Positions 8,497-17,690 of a stretch of DNA of 64,000 nucleotides are shown here, piece by piece; within the stretch, counting starts at the first letter, position 1, and each line of letters opens with the position of its first letter. The notes below the pieces were generated by a model that did no database searches, was not told the DNA's origin, and saw only the letters and a list, made by a program, of their open reading frames with translations. Source of the DNA: a virus; the IMG/VR virus record IMGVR_UViG_3300005836_000029, positions 642-64,641 of that record. The stretch is one strand, 5' to 3'. The position numbers and the translations under genes are program-made.

Positions 8497-10791
8497 ATGG
8501 TGATGCGCCAGACCCCCAAAAACGTCATCGGTCATGTCCCTGGAAAGCAATTCACGGACACGGGGGAGCCGTTCGGGCTGAAGGTCGCACTGATCACCCG
8601 GGTCGACGAAGTGAACATGAAAGCCGACCTCCGGATCCTCACGGGTGGAGGCGACCGGTTCGAGATCGACCTCACGCAGGGGATGGTGGGCCCCCGGAGT
8701 TTTTGGGGCGGTGTGCCCGAGGTCAATTCTCTGGCCATTGTCGGCTACCGCCGCCTGTCGAAGACCATCTACGATGCCGTGATCTTGGGCTACATCCCGG
8801 TGGGGAATCGCAGCGGGTTGCGATTCGATCCCTTTTCTCCCATCGACCCGAACGAGGTCGCCACGGAAGACCAGGCAGATGTGAGCGAGCTCGTGGGTCC
8901 GACGAGCCGGCTCAAGAGGCTCATGCTCAACCCTGGAGACGTCGGGGGCATGTCCTCTTCGGGGGCAGAGTTCGTCCTCTCCAAGGACGTGAACTTCACC
9001 AACCGGGCGGGGGACTCGATCGAGCTCCGCGATTCGGACCGTACCCTCGAGACCCACGTGGTTCACAAGGTCGAGAGTGAAGCGGGCATCAAGCGTGTGG
9101 CAGGCCCCGTTCGACGTGGAGGGTTTTTCCTGCCGGACGACCTCTTTTCGAACTCTCCCAACCAGCCGACCATCACGACGCAGACGATCAACGGTGCGAC
9201 CACGACGACGGTCACGCCGTCGCAGGAGTTCTCAGAGGCTCCTACGGGGACCTTCGTCACGTCTTCGAACCCCCTTCAGCTCAAGACCGAGACCACGGAT
9301 GGGTACCTTGGAACCGACGAGCTCCAGGGTGTAGGCCCTGGACTGACCGGTGCTCCGACCAAGTTCGCCAACGACCAGGGCCAAGTCTCGGCCATGTTCA
9401 ACCAGTTCGACACGTATCCCCCGGTCACGTATGCCTCGGGACGTCGTGTCTTCTACGCTGGGACAGGACCTTCGGCGAGCCCTGAGGATGCAGACGCAGC
9501 CGTCGATGCCTTCGTCGAGGACCGCATGGAGATGTACCACACCTCCGACTTGAGCCAGGAGGTCCTCGAAGAGATCGACGGGTTCAACCCTTCGCCGAGG
9601 ACGACCTACATCGAGAGGGTCATCGGCACGATCGTTGGGAACGACCTGACGACGAGCCAAGGAATGCGCCAGTACGGGCAGGTGCTCAAGCCGAACATCT
9701 TTCCGGACTTCACGACCGTCCAGCCCGGCAAGTTCACGCTCGAAGCCGCCGAGAGGTCTGCCACGAACCCAGACCTCGATACGGTGACCTCGGCGGGCGC
9801 ATTCATGTTTCGGATTCGCCCTCCCCGAGGAGTTGGGGGAACCGACTTCGTGGCGGCCGTTTCGAAGCAGGGCAAGTTCTTCCTGAATGCCCCCGGGTCT
9901 GGGGTCGAGGGGTACCCTTCTGGAAGCCGAAACATCTCGGGAGAGATCAACCTCATGGGCGCCTTGAAGGCGTACATCGGAGCAAGTGCCCCCGACCGCA
10001 TTTCGGCTCACGTCACGTGCGAAGGAGGCATCCATCTCGATATTGGTCGGGATGCAGACGGCAACGCCATCACGGTGAGGTACCGGTCGGGCGTCAAGAG
10101 CATCTACGAGGGCAACCCCAACTCCAACGACGTGACTGTCGAGGAGAGCATCATTGGGGTCAAGCAGACGACCATCACGGGGGCAGAGATCACGAGCATC
10201 CAGGGCGCCCAGAAAACGGTCGTGAACGGTCTCGTCGGCTTCGAGTGCGACCGCTTCACCGTGAACGGAAGCGGGGGTGTGACCATCAACGGCGGCGAGC
10301 TGAACATGACGGTCACGGGCAAGAGCCAGCTCCAGTACGCCCTGCCCCTGATCTCGACCATCGTCGCGGGTGGCGAGCTGAAGACGGTCATCGCTGGAGG
10401 TTTCATCCAGACGGTACTCGCTGGAGCCATGGTCTATACGGCCGCCGCCGGAGCCGTGACCTTCAACTGTGCCGCCGGAGCCTTCAACATCGTCGTCGGT
10501 ACGGGGGCTATCGCAGCCAGTACCGGTGCCGGAGCGGTTTCTCTTTCGACGGCCTCGGGAGCTTTGTCCCTGGCGGCTGCTGCGGGTGCTGTGGCTATCA
10601 CCTCGGGGCTCGCTCTGACGTTGACGGCCGGAGCAACCTGTGTGATTTTTGCACCAATTCTCTTGCTCGGAGGTCCGACGGCGGTTCTTGGGGTGGCTCG
10701 AGGTATCCCCACGTTCCCGCCTGGAACCCCGACTCTCGACTACATCACGGGGCTTCCGCTCATGGGAGCCGCGACGGTTCTCTCGAACTAG
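8497..10791 (+). CDS. Baseplate central spike (gp5/gpV/VgrG-spike-like): N-terminal OB fold, C-terminal beta-helix
   Basis: N-terminal LKVALITRVDEVNMKADL...GGVPEVNSLAIVGY resembles the gp5 OB fold. C-terminal Gly-periodic repeats (IxGxxxxx, then xxxAGAxxx). No lysozyme domain recognised. Confidence 0.75.
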   Translation: MVMRQTPKNVIGHVPGKQFTDTGEPFGLKVALITRVDEVNMKADLRILTGGGDRFEIDLTQGMVGPRSFWGGVPEVNSLAIVGYRRLSKTIYDAVILGYIPVGNRSGLRFDPFSPIDPNEVATEDQADVSELVGPTSRLKRLMLNPGDVGGMSSSGAEFVLSKDVNFTNRAGDSIELRDSDRTLETHVVHKVESEAGIKRVAGPVRRGGFFLPDDLFSNSPNQPTITTQTINGATTTTVTPSQEFSEAPTGTFVTSSNPLQLKTETTDGYLGTDELQGVGPGLTGAPTKFANDQGQVSAMFNQFDTYPPVTYASGRRVFYAGTGPSASPEDADAAVDAFVEDRMEMYHTSDLSQEVLEEIDGFNPSPRTTYIERVIGTIVGNDLTTSQGMRQYGQVLKPNIFPDFTTVQPGKFTLEAAERSATNPDLDTVTSAGAFMFRIRPPRGVGGTDFVAAVSKQGKFFLNAPGSGVEGYPSGSRNISGEINLMGALKAYIGASAPDRISAHVTCEGGIHLDIGRDADGNAITVRYRSGVKSIYEGNPNSNDVTVEESIIGVKQTTITGAEITSIQGAQKTVVNGLVGFECDRFTVNGSGGVTINGGELNMTVTGKSQLQYALPLISTIVAGGELKTVIAGGFIQTVLAGAMVYTAAAGAVTFNCAAGAFNIVVGTGAIAASTGAGAVSLSTASGALSLAAAAGAVAITSGLALTLTAGATCVIFAPILLLGGPTAVLGVARGIPTFPPGTPTLDYITGLPLMGAATVLSN

Positions 10792-10793
10792 CC

Positions 10794-11363
10794 ATGCCTA
10801 TCACTCCCCCTGGCGTTGCAGGTGTTGTTGCTCCGAGTCTGGCATCTACAGGTGTCATCGGCCTGAACATGGCCCAACTTGCCCTGGGGGTTGGTATTGG
10901 GGTCACGACCTGGACGCAGCAGATCGTCGTCACCTCCGTCGATACAGGAACCCTTGGTGCAGGAGTAGGGGTTCCGATCCCGGTGATCGTGCCCCCGACA
11001 ATCATCGCGAACATGATCACGGGGTTCGCCTCCTTCGCCCTCATTGGCATCATGTCGCCCTTGGTGGCTACAGGCATCGCCAACGGGATCATCCTGGCCT
11101 ATCTCCAGGGGCTCCTCATCACGGCTCACCCGGGCACAGGGGTCGGGGCAGGGGTTGCGAAGTTCATCGCTCCGCCGGCTGCTCCGACCATCATCGCGGG
11201 TCTGGCCTCGGCCGGCATGATCGGGCTCTCGGTCCCCCAGCTTGGAGGCGCCATCGGCATGGGGCTCGACCTCACCTTTTTGGCCATGGTCATGCCGGTC
11301 GCGATCGTGGGCCCGCCCTCGCCGCTTCCTGGAGGCGGAGCTGGCATCGGCAAGATCGTTTGA
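10794..11363 (+). CDS. Hydrophobic Gly-rich 189-aa protein with three internal repeats; candidate spike-tip protein
   Basis: True start is ATG 10794 (MPITPPGV...), 2 nt after the spike stop; the upstream part of track ORF 10017..11363 is an out-of-frame shadow of the spike gene. Three ~60-aa repeats with core LASxGxIGLxxxQLxxGIGxG. Confidence 0.7.
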   Translation: MPITPPGVAGVVAPSLASTGVIGLNMAQLALGVGIGVTTWTQQIVVTSVDTGTLGAGVGVPIPVIVPPTIIANMITGFASFALIGIMSPLVATGIANGIILAYLQGLLITAHPGTGVGAGVAKFIAPPAAPTIIAGLASAGMIGLSVPQLGGAIGMGLDLTFLAMVMPVAIVGPPSPLPGGGAGIGKIV

Positions 11364-11369
11364 TACCCC
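11359..11369 (+). promoter_or_regulatory. Candidate late-promoter-like motif tttgatacccc (copy 1)
   Basis: Identical 11-mer at 26204..26214. Both sit at the start of intergenic gaps upstream of structural genes. Confidence 0.35.
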
Positions 11370-11415
11370 CTACCTCATAGCTAGAGCTCTCTAGCCAGAT
11401 CCAAATGGAGATCCG

Positions 11416-11619
11416 ATGGAAAATCCGTGCTTGGGAAGGGTCGTCGACCTGATCGAGCAGCGCCCCGTTCGCAAGAACTCGAAGGGCGACTTGATCGCGG
11501 GCAACACGCAGCAGTACCTCGACCTTCTGCTGTGCAACGCCAAGGGGGAGGAGAAGCTCGTCCGAGTTCCGGTCGAGGCTGACGTGGTGGACTTCTACGC
11601 CGCCGGCAGTCCGGAGTAA
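11416..11619 (+). CDS. Hypothetical protein (67 aa)
   Basis: ATG preceded by ggag, fills the gap before the 1970-aa gene, typical codon usage. Confidence 0.6.
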   Translation: MENPCLGRVVDLIEQRPVRKNSKGDLIAGNTQQYLDLLLCNAKGEEKLVRVPVEADVVDFYAAGSPE

Positions 11620-11624
11620 TCCTC

Positions 11625-14600
11625 GTGGGCTTTCTCCTCACCGGCTACCTGATGGAGCCACCCCGTGTGGGGCAGTCGAACTCGCCGTTCACGTTCACGC
11701 CCAACACGAAAATCACCAATCAGGGGGCCTTCAACTCGGCTTACCCGACGGACGAATCGGTCGACAGGACCGACTACCTCGTGTTCGTCCGGGTCGATGG
11801 CGACTTGCCCGAAGCCATCTTCTGCTGGACGAAGAACGAGACCCTGAACCGGTTCGGCTACGACGGCAAGAACCAGCGTTTCAGGCCGCTTCCTGGTTCG
11901 GCCATCGAGATCGTTGGAACCGTCACGGCGGATGCCAACATGACCCGGTTGAAGGTTCAGGCACCGATCTCCACCGATTTCACCAGTTTCCCGGTTCGTA
12001 TCTCCATCGGAACCGTCGGTAGCGGCACAACGCTCTCGCTCGTACCCGTAGCCGACGAGGCGTCCTTCACGACGCCCTCCGTGGGTTCGGTGCAGGTCGC
12101 CCTCGACACGGGGACCCTCAACTGGAACGCCACGGACCTGACGACGTACGATGCCCAGACCGTTCGGTTCCAGCGGCAGACCTTCTTCGCCTACAACAAG
12201 TCGACCGGCAATATCGGGGTGGTCGATGACACCCTTCTGTTGAATCCCATCCCGAAGACGGGCCAGTTCCCTCTGGTTCGCATTGGCTTCCACGAGTGGC
12301 TCGTACCCATCGAGAAAGCCAACGACGGGTCCCTTTCGCCAGATCCAGTCTCGGGTACGGTCGAGTGGTCCAAAAAGACAGGGCTCCTCAAGTTCAACTC
12401 AGGAGACGTGAGCACCTACACGGGTCGTGCTGCCTACTACGATGGGGTGGTCTTCAACTTCAGCCTTCAGCTCTCCCCGTTCACACTCGGAACCGTACTC
12501 AGCCCCGGGAACCTGTCTCCGGTGCCCCCCGAGCTCGCCGACACCTTCTTTTTGGTCCCCGGGGTCGTCCAGTTCGCCGACACGACCTTCGTCGATGCCT
12601 TCTCCTTGTTCGGGGAACTAGGGGTCGTCGAGGTTCGACGGTCGGACGGCGCCGTCAAGTTTTCCCTGGCAGACGAGGCCATCTACGGGGCATCTTCGGT
12701 CCAGGCGTACGTCCCCGACTTGTCGATCGAGCGAGGCATGATCCTTCGCCTGCGTCGGACGCCCGTTGACCCGGAGGCAACGGACCCCGACCTGAAGGAT
12801 GTTTCGGCCATTTACGAGTCTCTCGATTCGACCTTGGCCGATCCCATCGTCGGCTTTCCGAAGGTCTTCTTGCCTGCTCTCCCGAGCGAGTCCTATTCCA
12901 TCACGGTCCGGGTAACTCAGGGAACGGGGTCCTTCCTCGGGACGCTTCCTCGGCTGGACGTTCCTTCGCCTCCAGAGGGGCTGGGCTACACCCTCGACTT
13001 CGAGAAGCAGGAACTACTCTACGCCCGGCGGAAGAACAACGTCGTTTTCCCTCAGTCGACGGCCAAGCCCTACGGAACCGTGCAGCTATCGGATCCGATG
13101 GTCCTGCCATCGGAGCTTGTTCTCCAGCTCGAGACGGCACCAGGCAGCGGCCTCTACAACACGCTCACGCTCGATGAGGACGTGACCTTCGACTACAACG
13201 CCGGCCTTGCCACGCTTGTCAATACGGTCGGGGAGATCGTCGCGTCCTCGTCTGCGGGGAAGTTCTCAGGGACGACCTTCACGGATACCTCCCAGAACTT
13301 CAGCGTCGCCGGGGTGGTCCCTGGAGACCTCCTGGTGGTCCTCTCCGGCGCCTCGGAGGGCGTCTACACGATCGGCTCGGTGGGAGCGACGACCCTGACC
13401 ACGGACCTTCCAGGGGTGACGGAGAACCACTTGCAGTATGAGGTTCGGCACGGATTCGAGATTCTCGCCGATCGCTACTTCAAAGACGTGCCTCCCCTGG
13501 ATCCGAACACCAAGGTCCAACGTCTCGTCAGCCTCGGGGCGGCTACGAACTCCCCTCGCCTTTCGATTCCCGTGGACAAGATTGGGGTCTCGGGGTTCCG
13601 GAAGGGCAAGACGTCCTTTCTGACCGTGGTCACGGTCTTGAACGATGGGGCCTTCACCTCGCCTCCGACCGGAACGGTTCAGGTGTCCCTCGATACGGGG
13701 AACTTGAACTTCAGTTCGGGAGACCTGGGAGCAACGGTTTACTGGGCCAAGACCCTCGAGATTGGCACCGAATTCAAAATCCAGCCGAGGCTCGGGTTCG
13801 TCCAGTTCACCGATCGCCTCCTGCAAAACGAGGAAGTCCTCGTCACGTACGCCATCCTCGACGACAACGACAACAAGGTCATCATCCAGGAGCGAGGGAC
13901 ATTCTTGGTCCGAAAGGAACTGACGGACCATCCGGCTACGACGAGCACCATCCACTTCAATCCTTTGGGTCGAGAAGTAGCCTCTTCTCCTGAGGCCAAG
14001 GCATTCCGTGGGGGTCGACCCCAAGTCACGGGTACCCAAGTCCAGTTCAACTACTCGAACTCGTCGGTCACCTTTCTCCCGGACAACCAGAAGCAGACCG
14101 TCTTCCCGCACGGGCAGAACATCGATCCAAGCGAACGGATCTACGTCGACTACTACATCTACGAGGCCATCGGGGGCGAAGACAGCCTGACCGTTGCTCA
14201 GCCCCCGATGTTGGGAGTCGCTATCGCGATCCAAGACGGAGACTCCTTCTTCCAAATCCCGGGGGATCGCACGGGAGAATTCCAGGCCAACTTCCTGCTT
14301 CGGGTCGATCGGACGGAAGTCTACCTACTCGCTGCACCGACCTACGATGCGGGGACGGACACGACCACGGTCAACCTGGCGGCGCCCCAGGTCTTCCGTT
14401 CGGACTTCCAGAACCCGGGCCTGGCGATCACCTCGGGGCCTACTCGGGCGGCACCCTCGTTCCTCCTCCCTTCGTACTTCGTGACGGAGTTGCACACGTA
14501 CGAGACGGTCGCACGTGGCTCGAAGACCATGAAGTTCGTGGGGGACCTGTCGGGGGTCTACATCTCAGGGATCGTTGTCCACTGGACGAACGGGTCCGAT

Positions 14601-17537
14601 GCCTTCGACTTCAACTTGGTTGAGGGGTCGACCTACGACAAGACATCGGACCGGACCACCGTGACGTTCACGTCTGGAGGAGCTCGTCAGTACGATGCGA
14701 CCTCCATCACCCTGAAGCGGTCCTCGAACCCCATCCTGCCGAGTCCTGTGGCCAAGGTTCCTACAAACCGCAGCCCCGATCTCACGTTGCCCTACGTCGT
14801 CTTCCGGCGAGTCGAAGGTGAGGTCGGCGTGGTTCTCCACGAGCCCGACGGCTACAGCATCGACACAAGCGGTCTGGTGACCTTCACCGATCCGCTTCAG
14901 GACAACGAGCAACTGGTCATCTGCTACACCGGGGCCCGCATCATCTCGGATGGTCGATCGTTCCGAGCGTCTTACAGCCACAGCATCATCCCCAACGACT
15001 CGAACGGGATGGCCGGCCAAGTCCTCCTGATGGACTACACGACCTTCTCGCCCGACAGCTTCTACTGGCGGGTCGAGAAAATCTCGACCATCCGGTCGGA
15101 GTTGCGAGCGAAGTACAAGAGCGACGCTCAAGCGAGCATCCCTTCCGCCGGTCCCACCTTGTCGAACCAGGCTGGCTCAAAGCTTCAGAACCAGGGACGT
15201 CCCTCGCTCTTCTTCGACGAGGAGCACCTTGCCAACGAGGATGTCGTCGCTCGGGCGACCCTCAAGTTCTACAACGACGGCATCAACTATCTGGAAGATG
15301 CCCTCCGCAGCATGGATGGCCGGGTCATCGGCGGGCACAACGGCAAGTTCCTGTTCGACGGCAACATCGACAACCCGACTCGCACGAGCCTGTCTCAGGT
15401 CACGAACCAGATCGATGACCAGTTGAAGGTGTCCGATGCTCCGGTCGCCATCACCTTCCCGCCCTTCGCCATCACCTTCCTCGGCACCTACAAGAAGATG
15501 TACCAGGTGTCGAAGTTCAGTCGCTTCTACCCGACGCACAGGTATCTCTACGGCGTCGCTGCCTCTCCGACGGGACTCAAGACCGGCGATACGATCCTCG
15601 ACATCGGCTTCCAGAAGCTTGCGGCTGTCAATGCCGTCTATCGGCGTCAACCGTGGGCCATCGTGACGAGGCAGGCCAACATCGGCGATACCCTCATCTT
15701 CGTGGACACGACCCAGGGGCTCGAGGACCTTCTGAGGCCGGCCTTCAATACGGCCGTCTACGGCCATCGGGTCGGGATCATTCGACAAGACGGCATCGAA
15801 TTGGTCCCTTCCTTTTTTCCGAGCGATGTCGTGGGATCGACGGGGACAACCCTCACGCTGGGGACTCCTCTGGCGACGACGGTCCCGGTGGGATCTACGA
15901 TCTACCAGGTCTTGTACGACCTGGGACCCCCGGCAAATCCGTACACCAAGTTCTATCGCCTCTACTTCGACATCGGGGCCAAGCTCGACGATGGGGTGCT
16001 GACGCACATCGAAGCGTTCCCCCCATTCGATGGGACTATTTCGGGATTCCCCGCTGAATTGACGGTCCAAAGCCCTGCTGGCGGGGAGGTTCTGGACGTG
16101 GATGTGGACCTCTTCAACTCGCTCACGGAACCCTATCGGTTCCCTGCTTTGGATGGCGGGACCCACGACGACGACAACAACCGGACGTTCCCGATCCTGT
16201 CCCCCACGACAGACTCGGAAGGAGGGTCCAACGTGGGCTACGCCTACCTCGAGAAGGCCATCATCGGCAGTCCTTCGGGGACTCTCAGGACGGCGACCAC
16301 CTCTCCGTTCGTGGGCACGGGTGACCTTGACGGCACCAGGACGATCATCACGAACTCGGGGGGCCCTTGGCCGTCACCCGTGCCCAAGGTCTACGACCTC
16401 GTGGAGATCCGTTCGGGAACGAATGCCAACTCGGGTTTCCATTCGATCGTGTCGGTAGGAGCCTCCACGATCACGGTCGGTACAGCGTTCGCCACCGTGG
16501 ACACCGGGTTCACGTTCACGGTGACGGTCTCGAACACCCTCGTGACGGGGACCGGGGCCATTTTCGGGACGACTACCCTGACAGACACCCTCGTCGATTT
16601 CCAGTCTTCGGGGGTAGAGCCAGGTCATACGGTTGTCCTGACGACCGGGCCTTATGCAGGCTACCGCCGGCAGGTGGTTTCGGTGGATTCAGCGACACAG
16701 CTCACCATCACGGCTCTGCCCTCCGGAACCTTCGCGGACTATCGGGTCGATGATCCCCTGGGAACCTACGGAGGAACCGGATCGGTCCTCAACAACGATC
16801 TCCTCCCCGCTCTTCAGGGTGAGCTCCTACGGCTCGATACAGGAACCAGCCCTGCTTCGGAGAGGCAAGGGATCGAGAGCTTCTTCAACCAGTTCTTCAC
16901 GACCATCCTCTCTCGCACCACGGGGCAGACCTTCGCCACGACGCAGTTCCAGGATACGGGTGCGAACTTCACCACGGCGGGAGTGGAAGCGAAGCAGTTC
17001 ATCTACATCCGCAACGGAACGATGGCGGGGGTCTACAAGATCGTGTCGGTCGACTCCTCCACGAGCTTGACCATCAGCGAGACCTTCCCGGGAAGTGCGA
17101 GCGGCATCTCTTACAAGATCGTCTCCTCGCAGGGCTTGAACCTGAAGGCTCTCCAAGACACTTTTGGGGTCCTCCAGAATGTCGACCAGGCGATTTCGGA
17201 CACGAGCGCCTTCTACAGCCTTGTGACGACCTCGGTGACCGTGGTGGGAGATTCGGGTGCCTTTGGTCGAAGGACACTCACATCGGACCTCGACAGTCGG
17301 TCGGCCGAGGTTGCGACTCGCATCGCCAACTTGGCAGACACGGGAGCTGGGGATCCCGTTGTCTTGAGCTCTGTTCTCTCTTCGTCCGGCAAGCTTTACA
17401 ACAAGAGGTACGTATGGATCGACGCAAGGACCAACCTGGAGAAGGGAATCCTCCCGAAGAAGGAACGAGCGGAGAGCGACCGGGAGAAGGCGGTGGCCGA
17501 CATCAACAAGCAGCTCACGAAGCTGCTGACAACGTGA
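11625..17537 (+). CDS. Very large (1970 aa) virion structural protein, baseplate/tail associated
   Basis: Beta-rich Thr/Val/Gly composition. Repeated GxVQVxLDTGxLNx motifs and several copies of a 'DxxxNFxxxGVxxGDxxxxxSG..GxYxIxSV...LT' module. C-terminal helical segment. Confidence 0.7.
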   Translation: MGFLLTGYLMEPPRVGQSNSPFTFTPNTKITNQGAFNSAYPTDESVDRTDYLVFVRVDGDLPEAIFCWTKNETLNRFGYDGKNQRFRPLPGSAIEIVGTVTADANMTRLKVQAPISTDFTSFPVRISIGTVGSGTTLSLVPVADEASFTTPSVGSVQVALDTGTLNWNATDLTTYDAQTVRFQRQTFFAYNKSTGNIGVVDDTLLLNPIPKTGQFPLVRIGFHEWLVPIEKANDGSLSPDPVSGTVEWSKKTGLLKFNSGDVSTYTGRAAYYDGVVFNFSLQLSPFTLGTVLSPGNLSPVPPELADTFFLVPGVVQFADTTFVDAFSLFGELGVVEVRRSDGAVKFSLADEAIYGASSVQAYVPDLSIERGMILRLRRTPVDPEATDPDLKDVSAIYESLDSTLADPIVGFPKVFLPALPSESYSITVRVTQGTGSFLGTLPRLDVPSPPEGLGYTLDFEKQELLYARRKNNVVFPQSTAKPYGTVQLSDPMVLPSELVLQLETAPGSGLYNTLTLDEDVTFDYNAGLATLVNTVGEIVASSSAGKFSGTTFTDTSQNFSVAGVVPGDLLVVLSGASEGVYTIGSVGATTLTTDLPGVTENHLQYEVRHGFEILADRYFKDVPPLDPNTKVQRLVSLGAATNSPRLSIPVDKIGVSGFRKGKTSFLTVVTVLNDGAFTSPPTGTVQVSLDTGNLNFSSGDLGATVYWAKTLEIGTEFKIQPRLGFVQFTDRLLQNEEVLVTYAILDDNDNKVIIQERGTFLVRKELTDHPATTSTIHFNPLGREVASSPEAKAFRGGRPQVTGTQVQFNYSNSSVTFLPDNQKQTVFPHGQNIDPSERIYVDYYIYEAIGGEDSLTVAQPPMLGVAIAIQDGDSFFQIPGDRTGEFQANFLLRVDRTEVYLLAAPTYDAGTDTTTVNLAAPQVFRSDFQNPGLAITSGPTRAAPSFLLPSYFVTELHTYETVARGSKTMKFVGDLSGVYISGIVVHWTNGSDAFDFNLVEGSTYDKTSDRTTVTFTSGGARQYDATSITLKRSSNPILPSPVAKVPTNRSPDLTLPYVVFRRVEGEVGVVLHEPDGYSIDTSGLVTFTDPLQDNEQLVICYTGARIISDGRSFRASYSHSIIPNDSNGMAGQVLLMDYTTFSPDSFYWRVEKISTIRSELRAKYKSDAQASIPSAGPTLSNQAGSKLQNQGRPSLFFDEEHLANEDVVARATLKFYNDGINYLEDALRSMDGRVIGGHNGKFLFDGNIDNPTRTSLSQVTNQIDDQLKVSDAPVAITFPPFAITFLGTYKKMYQVSKFSRFYPTHRYLYGVAASPTGLKTGDTILDIGFQKLAAVNAVYRRQPWAIVTRQANIGDTLIFVDTTQGLEDLLRPAFNTAVYGHRVGIIRQDGIELVPSFFPSDVVGSTGTTLTLGTPLATTVPVGSTIYQVLYDLGPPANPYTKFYRLYFDIGAKLDDGVLTHIEAFPPFDGTISGFPAELTVQSPAGGEVLDVDVDLFNSLTEPYRFPALDGGTHDDDNNRTFPILSPTTDSEGGSNVGYAYLEKAIIGSPSGTLRTATTSPFVGTGDLDGTRTIITNSGGPWPSPVPKVYDLVEIRSGTNANSGFHSIVSVGASTITVGTAFATVDTGFTFTVTVSNTLVTGTGAIFGTTTLTDTLVDFQSSGVEPGHTVVLTTGPYAGYRRQVVSVDSATQLTITALPSGTFADYRVDDPLGTYGGTGSVLNNDLLPALQGELLRLDTGTSPASERQGIESFFNQFFTTILSRTTGQTFATTQFQDTGANFTTAGVEAKQFIYIRNGTMAGVYKIVSVDSSTSLTISETFPGSASGISYKIVSSQGLNLKALQDTFGVLQNVDQAISDTSAFYSLVTTSVTVVGDSGAFGRRTLTSDLDSRSAEVATRIANLADTGAGDPVVLSSVLSSSGKLYNKRYVWIDARTNLEKGILPKKERAESDREKAVADINKQLTKLLTT

Positions 17538-17680
17538 AGCCCAAGCCCGAGTGGCGGTACCGCAACAGGTTCCCCATTCAGGACCGGATGGCTGAGATCA
17601 TCGGCCTCACGCTCGAAGTATCGGACAAGGAACTGGTCCGCCTTCGTCGCAAGCTGGAACGTCTCCGGCTAGGAAGCTGA
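17534..17680 (+). CDS. Hypothetical small basic protein (48 aa, MKPKPEWRYRN...)
   Basis: GTG start overlaps the upstream stop (GTGA); fills the gap before 17691. The 5' part of track ORF 17414..17680 overlaps the large gene out of frame. Confidence 0.5.
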   Translation: MKPKPEWRYRNRFPIQDRMAEIIGLTLEVSDKELVRLRRKLERLRLGS

Positions 17681-17690
17681 GAGAAGAACC

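Noticed and set aside
10017-10793. 5' part of track ORF 10017..11363 (448 aa)
   Set aside because: Out-of-frame overlap with the spike gene and Arg-rich nonsense composition; the real gene starts at ATG 10794. The same logic trims 17414, 26072, 28886, 57052 and 60777 to their downstream starts.
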